DNA of 64,000 nt, from positions 1 through 64,000 of IMG/VR virus record IMGVR_UViG_3300032007_000048; one strand, written 5' to 3'. A model generated the notes under the pieces. That model did no database searches and was not told where the DNA came from. It saw only the letters and a program-made list of their open reading frames with translations. Below, in pieces: positions 17,502-25,805 of the stretch. Position 1 is the stretch's first letter, and each line of letters begins with the position of its first letter. Position numbers and translations under genes: made by a program. This stretch comes from a virus. Its lineage: Duplodnaviria > Heunggongvirae > Uroviricota > Caudoviricetes.

Positions 17502-18362
17502 ATGACGGACACAATAATTTCTTTCAGGTCAAATGACATCAGTACACATTTTCTTTCCAATGATGAGCTTAGGGCTAAATGTCCTTATGCGTTCATGACC
17601 GAACCGACCAACCCAAATGTTTCTAACAGGTACACTATGGCCACAACAATTGATGTTGTCAATGACATGGAGAAACTTGGTTGGTATCCTGTTGAGGCTA
17701 AGCAGTGCAAGACAAAAAAGAATTCAAGCGGAATTAAATCTTTCCATATGATTGCGTTTCAGAATCCGAACATCAAGATTTTGAACGACAAGACAAATAA
17801 TGTAGAGGCGTTTCCAAGAATCATTCTTCAAAACAGTCATGACGGTTTCAATAGTTTTAAGTTTATGTGCGGCATCTATCGCGTTATTTGTGGCAATGGA
17901 CTCATCATTGCTGACGCTGAGTTTGCCAAACTGTCAATTAGACATATTAACTATGAGTTTGAGGAACTAAGGACTGTTGTCATTAAGATGATTGATGAAC
18001 TTCCCAATAAGATTAATGTTATTAACGCCATGAGAATGACAAATTTGTCTGAAGAGCAGAAGATTGATTTTGCTACAAAGATAGTTAAACTCAGAAAGAA
18101 TGTTCCTTTTGAGAAGACGCTTGAAATAAGCAGTAACACTATTCGTGATATTCTCACACCTGTCCGTAAAGAAGATGAGGGGAACTCATTGTGGAATGTG
18201 TTTAATATCCTGCAAGAGAAGGTGATGAAAGGTGGGTTCTCATATGCCAAGGACGACAATTCTAAGGCAAGAAAAATGAGGGTGATTACCAGTCCTATTA
18301 AGGACATAAATCTTAATACCGATATGTTTGCTTTGGCTAATACTTATTTGAAAACAGCATAA
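17502..18362 (+). CDS. hypothetical protein, possibly DUF932-like
   Basis: 286 aa. NSHDGFNSFKF...CGNG resembles the conserved core of the DUF932 phage/plasmid family. This is a weak motif-only call. Confidence 0.35.
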   Translation: MTDTIISFRSNDISTHFLSNDELRAKCPYAFMTEPTNPNVSNRYTMATTIDVVNDMEKLGWYPVEAKQCKTKKNSSGIKSFHMIAFQNPNIKILNDKTNNVEAFPRIILQNSHDGFNSFKFMCGIYRVICGNGLIIADAEFAKLSIRHINYEFEELRTVVIKMIDELPNKINVINAMRMTNLSEEQKIDFATKIVKLRKNVPFEKTLEISSNTIRDILTPVRKEDEGNSLWNVFNILQEKVMKGGFSYAKDDNSKARKMRVITSPIKDINLNTDMFALANTYLKTA

Positions 18363-18366
18363 AAAC

Positions 18367-19020
18367 ATGGAAAATAATTTTAAGGAAATAATTAGGAAAA
18401 GGATTGATAGATTTAACAATCTTTGGAACACCGCTGTTGGTTATTCATTTGAGGACAGTGATGATATTCTCAAAAAGAAATTCAATGAAGAAAATGAGGG
18501 GTGGTTGGTAAAGGCTAATGAAGCCGCCAAAAACCATGGTTTTGGTTCATTTGAGGATTACCTTGACTGTAAGTATGACGATGACCCATGCGAATCAATT
18601 GATGAGTTAGACGCGCTTGAAAACATCAGGCCAAGATATAGTGGCGGTTTGTATCATTATGAAATGGCCGTAATTAACCAAGCGGAAAGTATCGCCAATT
18701 TTATTCTCAAAAAGTTTAATGAACTTAGTGAGGATTTACCAGATGAACTTGGTGTGGATTTGGATTATGCTTGGGACAGGTATGCCAAGGGCAGTAACGG
18801 TGATTATGTTGACGCGTTTACGTTTGTTAAAAAGATGAAAAACGATGGGTACAATGAGTGGGACGAGGGACACAGTGGTAACAGTGGTGGTATGGCTGTG
18901 ATGTTTGCAAATTGCCTTTTGTTTAAACCTGAAATCTTTCCATATCTGCATGGTGCGTTGTCTCCTTTGGTTGGTGATGAAGGCTACTATGATGACAGGA
19001 AAGATGTACCCCAATTTTAA
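18367..19020 (+). CDS. hypothetical protein
   Basis: 217-aa ORF. Confidence 0.45.
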   Translation: MENNFKEIIRKRIDRFNNLWNTAVGYSFEDSDDILKKKFNEENEGWLVKANEAAKNHGFGSFEDYLDCKYDDDPCESIDELDALENIRPRYSGGLYHYEMAVINQAESIANFILKKFNELSEDLPDELGVDLDYAWDRYAKGSNGDYVDAFTFVKKMKNDGYNEWDEGHSGNSGGMAVMFANCLLFKPEIFPYLHGALSPLVGDEGYYDDRKDVPQF

Positions 19021-19701
19021 ATGAAAAAACATATGAAAAACAAAGAGGATGTTTTTAAGAAAGCGGTGATTTGGTACTCTAAAGGTGGTGACTATAGAAA
19101 AGCGGCACTTGAACTGTATGATGAGGACAAACTTAAAAAAGAACTGCAAAATGTGGAAAAAGAACAACACAATATTGTTGTAAAAAACAGGGAAAAGGAA
19201 CTTAAGGAAAAATTAGATAGATGTACGAAACTTTTTCCAATTGGCACACTTATTGATAGTGATGATGGGAGTGACAAGTGTCTTAATATTGTGGTTGGAA
19301 AACCGTATATTGGAGAGGAGGATTACCACTGGCCAAACTATTGTAATGTTCCAACATGGGAACTTGGAAATCATAAAACTGTTCTGATTAAAACAGTTCG
19401 TGTTTCGTTCAATGAAGTTATTGGTAAATCAATTGTATGCCTTGAAAATCTTCTTCAGTTTATGGATAATCCCTCAAAAGATTTTTTACCAAAAAGAGGT
19501 ATAGTCAATTTGAAGGATTATGTGAATCAGAAAAACGAAATGAGAAGGAAAGAAATTGACAGGATTAATAAGGAGATTGATAAAGTCGAAATGGAAGTTA
19601 GTCTTCTTAAGTCTGAATTTTCTTTATACGATTCTTATAAACCGGAAGAATTTACCCAAGAAAAGATTGATGAAATTGTAAAAAAATACAAAAATTTTTA
19701 A
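19021..19701 (+). CDS. hypothetical protein, coiled-coil C-terminus
   Basis: 226-aa ORF. Confidence 0.45.
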   Translation: MKKHMKNKEDVFKKAVIWYSKGGDYRKAALELYDEDKLKKELQNVEKEQHNIVVKNREKELKEKLDRCTKLFPIGTLIDSDDGSDKCLNIVVGKPYIGEEDYHWPNYCNVPTWELGNHKTVLIKTVRVSFNEVIGKSIVCLENLLQFMDNPSKDFLPKRGIVNLKDYVNQKNEMRRKEIDRINKEIDKVEMEVSLLKSEFSLYDSYKPEEFTQEKIDEIVKKYKNF

Positions 19702-19702
19702 T

Positions 19703-20011
19703 ATGGATAATTATAGAAAAAAAACTTTTTTTGTTGACAATCGCGGTGTGCATTATGGTGTAAGGTCTCTTAATCCCAAATGGTACAAACAGTTTAGAGA
19801 AGAAGCCATTAAAAACATACAAATTTGGAAAAAGCCAAATGGATACTATGTGGCAAGAAATGTGATTGATGACAGTGGAAGACAGTATGCGGAAGAGACA
19901 ATATTTTTCGGTAACAACCTTAACAAAGCCAAAGATTATTGTAATGAGTTGAGAAGAGAATATATTTTGTCTGAGGTAAGGTATAAAAAAAGAAATAAGG
20001 TGGTTTATTAA
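19703..20011 (+). CDS. hypothetical protein
   Basis: 102-aa ORF. Confidence 0.4.
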   Translation: MDNYRKKTFFVDNRGVHYGVRSLNPKWYKQFREEAIKNIQIWKKPNGYYVARNVIDDSGRQYAEETIFFGNNLNKAKDYCNELRREYILSEVRYKKRNKVVY

Positions 20012-20023
20012 AACAACGCTAAA

Positions 20024-20425
20024 ATGTATAAGAAACTGACAGAAGAAGAGAAGAAACTCCTTGAGAAATATCCCAAGTATGACGATACTAAACCTGAGAT
20101 TTGGGTTGGAAGTAGGGATTATTATGAGGCTGTTTTTGAAACAGAAACTAATCGTGACCCTGAACTTCATGACGCGTTTTCTGATTTGCATGAGCAAATA
20201 GTTAACCTTGTAATCAATTTTTGTAAGGAACATAATCTTACTGATGTAGATGAATTCACTGTTGGTGCTGATGGAATTAAAGGTAGTATTCCTTATGGTG
20301 TATGGTGCCCTTGTACCGATTCTAATATGAGTATTATCAAATTGGTTGAAAATACCGAAGAAGCATCTAAAGAACATTGGCCTGAATTACCAGACAGAGA
20401 ACACCCTTTTCTTTATGAGATTTAA
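20024..20425 (+). CDS. hypothetical protein
   Basis: 133-aa ORF. Confidence 0.4.
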   Translation: MYKKLTEEEKKLLEKYPKYDDTKPEIWVGSRDYYEAVFETETNRDPELHDAFSDLHEQIVNLVINFCKEHNLTDVDEFTVGADGIKGSIPYGVWCPCTDSNMSIIKLVENTEEASKEHWPELPDREHPFLYEI

Positions 20426-20436
20426 AAATAAAATAT

Positions 20437-20895
20437 ATGGAAACAATACCTGAAATCGGAAAATATTATTATTTTTGGGACGATGGTAAGTCATCACCCT
20501 CAAGACATTACATTTGTAAATGTGAAAGGGTCATCACACCTGATGAGGCGAAAAACATTATGGTTAATGTTCCTTATGATGATGACCTGACAATAGAGAC
20601 AACATTGTATGACCATTGGCTTGAGTCAGAAATGCCTGAACATGATTGGCTATATGCCAAAGAGACAGATTATTTCGTTGAGTGTTCATGTCCAAAATAT
20701 GATGAGAATAACCTTTGGTTCGTGAGGACAAGGGATGGGGGATGGTTCAGCATGAATATACAAAACTGGTGGCAAGGTGGTACACTTGATGTGGATGAAA
20801 AAATACTTGACGGAATAATTGAAAATATCAAAAAATATCCTGAGTGGTATCCTAACCAAGAGGAATGGATAAAAAAATATACTTGTTTATACTAA
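20437..20895 (+). CDS. hypothetical Cys-containing protein
   Basis: 152-aa ORF with CKCE...CSCP pairs. Confidence 0.4.
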   Translation: METIPEIGKYYYFWDDGKSSPSRHYICKCERVITPDEAKNIMVNVPYDDDLTIETTLYDHWLESEMPEHDWLYAKETDYFVECSCPKYDENNLWFVRTRDGGWFSMNIQNWWQGGTLDVDEKILDGIIENIKKYPEWYPNQEEWIKKYTCLY

Positions 20896-20908
20896 ATAAG
20901 AAATATTA

Positions 20909-20924
20909 CCCATTGGTGTGTGGG
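20909..20924 (+). other. GC hairpin CCCA-N8-TGGG just after the stop of the upstream gene
   Basis: cccattggtgtgtggg. It is related in form to the hairpins at 22331..22348 and 31337..31356. Confidence 0.5.
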
Positions 20925-20960
20925 TTAATGCTCGGAAAATCAATTTGATAGAACGAGAAA

Positions 20961-21124
20961 GTTGTAATTCCATTTAATTTATGGTTGACTAACACCTAGT
21001 CTAACAAACCTAAAAAGCCTGACAGGTTGTAATTCCATTTAATTTATGGTTGACTAACATCTGCCATGAGGCATCTTGACAAGAACAGAAGTTGTAATTT
21101 TATTTACTTTTTTACATTAATAAA
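20961..21124 (+). CRISPR. CRISPR-like mini-array: three 34-nt repeats (third degenerate), two 31-nt spacers
   Basis: R1 20961..20994 and R2 21026..21059 are identical (GTTGTAATTCCATTTAATTTATGGTTGACTAACA). The spacers 20995..21025 (cctagtctaacaaacctaaaaagcctgacag) and 21060..21090 (tctgccatgaggcatcttgacaagaacagaa) are unique and equal in length. R3 from 21091 keeps GTTGTAATT and then diverges. The array lies 51 nt upstream of the TnpB-like gene on the same strand. Confidence 0.6.
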
Positions 21125-21162
21125 CTATTTATAAATAGAAAAAATAAAAATCTATTCATCTT

Positions 21163-22323
21163 ATGACAAGAGCATATAAATATAAACTTAAACCAACTGT
21201 GAAACAACAAAAATTGTTTTCACAAGCCTTTGGTAATGCTCGCTTTATCTATAATTGGGGACTTAATCGTAAAAAAGAAACCTGGGAAAAGGAACATAAA
21301 AATGTTACATATATACAACTGGCCAAAGAACTTACTTTACTTAAAAAAGACGGTGAACATGATTGGCTGAAACAATGTGCTAACGTTTGTCTACAACAAT
21401 CACTTAGAAACCTTGATAATGCCTATACCAGATTCTTTAAAGCAAAAAAAGGCTTTCCTAAATTTAAATCAAAGAAAAATAGTGTTGATTCTGTTAAATA
21501 CATTGCTGCTGTTCACTTTGATTTTGAAACCATGAGAGTATCAGTGCCATGTATAGGTAAAGTTAAATTTCTTAAAAATTGCGAATTTGATGTAAACACA
21601 GTAAAATTGGGTACTTTAACTGTTACAAAAGATAAATGTGGTGATTATTGGTGTACCATAGTAGTTGATGACAATAAACCAAACGTATCGAAAACCAAGA
21701 TATGTGAGGAAAAAACTGTTGGCATTGACTTAGGTGTTAAAGATTATGCAATTCTATCTGACGGTACAAAGTACGGAAATCCTAAGTATCTTGAAGCAAA
21801 ACAACAACAGTTAGCAAAAGCACAACAATGGCTTTCCAGAACACAAAAAAATAGTAAACGTCATGAAAAAGCAAAATTATATGTAGCAAAGTTACATAGA
21901 AAAATTGCTAACAGAAGAAATGATTTTCTTCATAAGTTAACAACCATGTTGATTAATGGTGAATATGACACATTTTGTATGGAGAATCTTAACATTACTG
22001 GTATGACACAGAATCATAATCTTGCAAAGAGTATAAATAGTGTTGCATGGAATGAATTTGTTAGACAATTGACATACAAGTGTGAATGGTGTGGAAAGAA
22101 CATTGTATTCATTGGTAGATATGAACCAAGTAGTAAGACATGTAACAAATGTGGATACATTGACAAGGAACTGAAGTTATCTGATAGAGAATGGATATGT
22201 CCAATATGTGGTGAACATCATGATAGAGATGTAAATGCAGCAATTAATATTAAGAACATGGGGTTACATCCACAGGCATTAATTGGCATTGAACAAAAAA
22301 TAGAAGAAATTAATAATAAATAA
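21163..22323 (+). CDS. TnpB-like RuvC/zinc-finger nuclease (IS605 OrfB family; candidate compact type V effector)
   Basis: 386 aa. RuvC-I VGIDLGVKDYA, RuvC-II FCMENLNITGM, zinc finger CNKCG...CPICG, RuvC-III HDRDVNAAINI. The OrfB-type N-terminus is present. No TnpA gene is nearby. Confidence 0.8.
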   Translation: MTRAYKYKLKPTVKQQKLFSQAFGNARFIYNWGLNRKKETWEKEHKNVTYIQLAKELTLLKKDGEHDWLKQCANVCLQQSLRNLDNAYTRFFKAKKGFPKFKSKKNSVDSVKYIAAVHFDFETMRVSVPCIGKVKFLKNCEFDVNTVKLGTLTVTKDKCGDYWCTIVVDDNKPNVSKTKICEEKTVGIDLGVKDYAILSDGTKYGNPKYLEAKQQQLAKAQQWLSRTQKNSKRHEKAKLYVAKLHRKIANRRNDFLHKLTTMLINGEYDTFCMENLNITGMTQNHNLAKSINSVAWNEFVRQLTYKCEWCGKNIVFIGRYEPSSKTCNKCGYIDKELKLSDREWICPICGEHHDRDVNAAINIKNMGLHPQALIGIEQKIEEINNK

Positions 22324-22446
22324 ATGGAATCCCCATCGGGAAGTGGGGCTATGAACGGAATCGAAAGTAAACGTTAAGATAGTAAATCTTGTGCAAACAA
22401 GTATATCATTCCCTAAAAAAGTATAAAGAAAAAAAAATATTAGTAT
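22324..22446 (+). ncRNA. candidate guide-scaffold RNA region (omegaRNA or tracrRNA-like) downstream of the TnpB-like gene
   Basis: A 123-nt non-coding gap begins with the GC hairpin ccccatcgggaagtgggg (22331..22348) immediately after the stop codon. Its position is analogous to TnpB right-end omegaRNA. This is inference only. Confidence 0.3.
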
Positions 22447-23160
22447 ATGGGAAAATTAAAGGTAATCGTTACCAGTGATTTACACGGAAATTTACCGGTG
22501 ATTATATCACCATTTGATTTGTTTCTTATATGTGGTGATAATTGTCCAGCACATAGTCATTACTACTCATTTCAATCAGAGTGGTTTAAAACTGATTTCG
22601 CTGATTGGATAAACACACTTCCATTTAAAAACGAATGGAGTAAAGTTGTGATGATTTGGGGTAACCATGATTACGTTGGCAAAAGACTTCATGAGGAGGA
22701 TTTGCATATATTCAACGAAAAAACAAAAAACAGGGTTGTTATATTGAACAATAACACATACGATTATGAGTATCTGACCGATAACGGTATTGAGACACTA
22801 AAAATATTTGGGACACCGTATTGTAAAATATTCGGTAATTGGGCTTTCATGGTTAATGATGAGCAACTTGGATATTATTATAACGAAATGCCTTACGATT
22901 GTGATATTGTGATTTCACATGACTCCCCATCAATAAATGGATTGGGAACCATTAACCAAGGTTGGAACAATGGTTATGACGCTGGAAATGAGGTGCTTGA
23001 TGAGTACATAAAACAACGAAAACCGAAATATTTTTTCAGCGGCCATATCCATAGTGGAAACCATAACTTTGAGGATGTCAATGGCACTATGATGGCAAAT
23101 GTCTCATATATTGATGAACATTATAAGCCAAAATATCTGCCACTTGAATTTGAAATCTAA
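22447..23160 (+). CDS. calcineurin-like metallophosphoesterase
   Basis: 237 aa. Motifs DLHGN, GDN, GNHDY and GHIHSG match the D-x-H / GD / GNH(D/E) / GH-x-H set. Confidence 0.75.
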   Translation: MGKLKVIVTSDLHGNLPVIISPFDLFLICGDNCPAHSHYYSFQSEWFKTDFADWINTLPFKNEWSKVVMIWGNHDYVGKRLHEEDLHIFNEKTKNRVVILNNNTYDYEYLTDNGIETLKIFGTPYCKIFGNWAFMVNDEQLGYYYNEMPYDCDIVISHDSPSINGLGTINQGWNNGYDAGNEVLDEYIKQRKPKYFFSGHIHSGNHNFEDVNGTMMANVSYIDEHYKPKYLPLEFEI

Positions 23161-23172
23161 AAGAAAAGAAAA

Positions 23173-23203
23173 AGAGAGATAGATACCTATCTCTCTTTTT
23201 TTG
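23173..23203. terminator. bidirectional intrinsic terminator
   Basis: gagagatag / ctatctctc stem with 4-nt loop, followed by TTTTTTT and preceded by an A-run. Confidence 0.65.
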
Positions 23204-23222
23204 TCTTTTATTGTTTGTTAAC

Positions 23223-23984
23223 CTAAACATTATCCTGTACTGTCCAACCTGTCGGAATACCACTTGTACCTGTTGTCCAAGATGCCATTGATGAGTGTTT
23301 AACAAATGTACCTGTACTTGCTACACTATTTACCCAATTATATGTACAATTACTTGCTGATATATCAGTTGCAAGACATTTAATATAGTTAAGATTTGTA
23401 CAACCTTCGAACATCTGATAATAACAATAATCTGTTAATGTTGTTGCAGGTAATTCAGGTGCTGTGGTTAGATTTGTACAACCAATGAACATTTCATAAT
23501 AACAGCCTTCTGTTAATGTAGTTGCAGGTAACGAAGGTGCTGTAGTTAAACTTTCACAACCTTGGAACATACTACCATAACAACTCTGTGTCAATGTTGT
23601 TGCAGGTAACAGTAGTTCACTTGCATCGGTTAAACCTGTACAATGAGTAAATAATCCATAAAATGTATAAGCATTTTCCAATGTGGTTAATGTACCAAAA
23701 TTAATACTATTAATCAACGACATTATATTACCTTTTACTTTGAATCCTGCCGTACTACTCATGAATCCGTTAAATGATATTTTTTTTCCCCCTGAAGGAT
23801 ATGTTGCATAATTTGCGTTATTTCCACGGAATTGTAAGGTGTCACCTGAAACAACTTGTATAAGTGTTTCACCTCTTGTGGAAGTTATGGATGTCCATGT
23901 TGAGCCATTATCTTTACTATACTCAATAGTTCTGGTAAAACCGGTGCCCAGTGTCCCCCAATAGATTATACCGTCATTAGTTAT
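23223..23984 (-). CDS. LRR (BspA/LRR_5-like) receptor-binding module B, in frame with upstream gene across a TAG codon
   Basis: The ORF track gives 23223..23762 (179 aa, starts MSSTAGF). A further 74 sense codons (23763..23984, ITNDGIIYW...FRGNNANYATY...) continue upstream in the same frame, with no ATG/GTG/TTG, back to the TAG stop of the 424-aa gene. The extension is homologous to the N-domain of paralogs. The frame was verified base by base. Confidence 0.5.
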   Translation of the reverse strand: MTNDGIIYWGTLGTGFTRTIEYSKDNGSTWTSITSTRGETLIQVVSGDTLQFRGNNANYATYPSGGKKISFNGFMSSTAGFKVKGNIMSLINSINFGTLTTLENAYTFYGLFTHCTGLTDASELLLPATTLTQSCYGSMFQGCESLTTAPSLPATTLTEGCYYEMFIGCTNLTTAPELPATTLTDYCYYQMFEGCTNLNYIKCLATDISASNCTYNWVNSVASTGTFVKHSSMASWTTGTSGIPTGWTVQDNV

Positions 23985-25259
23985 CTAAAATGTTAAAGGT
24001 TGGGATTTTTCATTTATTCTATTCCAATTAACAGGTATACCGTTAACACCTATTGTCCAATCAACACCGTCATTTGCCGCAACAAATGTACCTGATGATG
24101 CCACACTTTCTACCCAATCCAATGTACAATCAGTTGCTGATATATCAGTAGCAAGACATTTAATATAATTAAGTTCAGTACACCATCCGAACATACCTCT
24201 ATAACATTCATTTACTAATGTTGTTGCAGGTAACTCAGGTGCGGTTGTAAGACTTGTGCAACCATAGAACATCCTATAATAACAACCATCAGCTAATGTA
24301 GTCGCAGGTAACTCAGGTGCAGTGGTTAAGCCTGTACATTCCCTGAACATATAATAATAACATCTATTAGCTAATGTGGTCGCAGGTAATTCAGGTGTTG
24401 TTGTTAGACTTGTACAACCCCTGAACATCTGACTATAACAATTATTTGCTAATGTTGTTGCAGGTAATACTAACCCACTTGCGTCAGTTAAACCAGTGTC
24501 AGACGCAAACATAAAATCATAACAGTTACTTGCTAATGTTGTCGCAGGTAGTTCAGGTACTGTGGTAAGATTTGTACAATCATGGAACATACCGTTGTAA
24601 CAACCTTCACCGAGGTTCATTGCAGGTAGTTTAGGCACACCAACAAGGTTTGAACAATTTGCGAACATTTCCCTATAACATTCAACGGTCAAGTTATCTG
24701 CCGGTAAAATAAGTTTACTTGCATCAGTCAAACCCGTACAATACCTGAACAAACAAGTAAAAACCAAGGAAGCTGTCAACGAGGACATCGTGCTGAAATT
24801 ATTTGCGTCAAGCAGTGACATAACATTACCTTTAACGTTGAAAGTGCAAGTACAACCGCTAAAAAAATTAGCTTTTTCATATGTGTCACTTAATGTTGTA
24901 TATGTAACACCTTGCGGTGCTCTAAAAAGCACTGTATCGCCTGACGACACCGTGATAGAGGTACCACCAGTGCTTGAGGTGATTGTTACCCAATCCTCAT
25001 CGTTTTTTTTGTATTCTATTGTTCGTAAACTGTTATCTGATTTTGCTTTCCAATAAATATCACCATCACCTGTTATTTCAAATGTAAGCGGTGTTGAGAA
25101 TTTTCTTTCTTCCTCAGTCATATTATAATTAACCTTGGTGTTATCCTCAGTATAACTTACCCAAGGCTCAAGATAATCAAAATTTCTTTTTGTATTATAT
25201 TCGTTTTCAGTTTCAAATAAATGGATGTATTCTTTTACTTCTCCCATATAATTTAACAA
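23985..25259 (-). CDS. LRR (BspA/LRR_5-like) tail/receptor-binding protein, module A
   Basis: 424 aa. An N-terminal beta-rich domain (YLEPWVSYTEDNTKV...PLTFEITGDG), then about seven 23-aa repeats (LPATTLAxxCYxxMFxxCTxLTTAPE), then the conserved C-terminus NYIKCLATDISA. The annotated start codon is TTG; ATG 25247 is a more likely start. Confidence 0.6.
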   Translation of the reverse strand: MLNYMGEVKEYIHLFETENEYNTKRNFDYLEPWVSYTEDNTKVNYNMTEEERKFSTPLTFEITGDGDIYWKAKSDNSLRTIEYKKNDEDWVTITSSTGGTSITVSSGDTVLFRAPQGVTYTTLSDTYEKANFFSGCTCTFNVKGNVMSLLDANNFSTMSSLTASLVFTCLFRYCTGLTDASKLILPADNLTVECYREMFANCSNLVGVPKLPAMNLGEGCYNGMFHDCTNLTTVPELPATTLASNCYDFMFASDTGLTDASGLVLPATTLANNCYSQMFRGCTSLTTTPELPATTLANRCYYYMFRECTGLTTAPELPATTLADGCYYRMFYGCTSLTTAPELPATTLVNECYRGMFGWCTELNYIKCLATDISATDCTLDWVESVASSGTFVAANDGVDWTIGVNGIPVNWNRINEKSQPLTF

Positions 25260-25260
25260 T

Positions 25261-25305
25261 TTTTCCTTATTATTATAATATTAAATATTACAATAATAAG
25301 GAAAA
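25261..25305. repeat. near-perfect 21-bp-arm palindrome
   Basis: ttttccttattattataatat taa atattacaataataaggaaaa, one mismatch. It sits between the stop of 25350..25799 and the start of the LRR gene. Confidence 0.7.
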
Positions 25306-25349
25306 ATCACTACTCTCACGAAAAATATTCTTTGGTTTTTTTAAAACTT

Positions 25350-25799
25350 TTAGTCCTTCAAAAAAGTCCTCTCTATTCTTTTAGAAAGCCAGTCCACAGC
25401 TTCTTCTCTTGTCTTGTAGTTGTCGAATAATTCGTCAAGACAGTCACCAACACCATGTCTTTTTTTCGAAACCAAATCCACAATGTCATCAGCATCAAGT
25501 TCATCGAAAACATCAGACGCAAGGCCATTACTCAACACATATTCGACTACATCGTAGTCAGAATTAACCAAATCAAGCAATTCACCATCGGTATAGTTTT
25601 CTTTGATGTAATCTTCGATTTCGTCAGTATCATTCACGTTAAGATAACCGCGTTCTTTTAATGTGGTTTGTTCGTCAAACTCATAATCATCAATGATGTT
25701 GTCAGTTAACACATCTAAAAAGTCGGCTTTGTCCCATGGAGTCAAATTTTCTATTTTCTCCATTATTTCCTTAATTTCTTTTTTCTCTAAAATATCCAT
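25350..25799 (-). CDS. hypothetical acidic protein
   Basis: 149-aa ORF, D/E-rich. Confidence 0.45.
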   Translation of the reverse strand: MDILEKKEIKEIMEKIENLTPWDKADFLDVLTDNIIDDYEFDEQTTLKERGYLNVNDTDEIEDYIKENYTDGELLDLVNSDYDVVEYVLSNGLASDVFDELDADDIVDLVSKKRHGVGDCLDELFDNYKTREEAVDWLSKRIERTFLKD

Positions 25800-25805
25800 A
25801 TGCTT

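Noticed and set aside
20961-21124. Interpreting the repeats as IS605 left-end structure only
   Set aside because: IS200/IS605 ends carry subterminal hairpins, not 34-nt direct repeats separated by equal-length unique spacers. The separate GC hairpins at 20909 and 22331 fit the IS-end role better, so the repeats are reported as a CRISPR-like array, with the IS-only alternative stated.
23223-25259. Genome-wide TAG reassignment (code-15-like) as explanation for the in-frame TAG
   Set aside because: TAG is used as an ordinary stop in at least 2824..3060 and 31660..32649. No other long gene in the window (including the 2035-aa, 1578-aa and 546-aa genes) is interrupted by TAG. A global recoding is therefore not supported by this window, though local suppression or readthrough remains possible.
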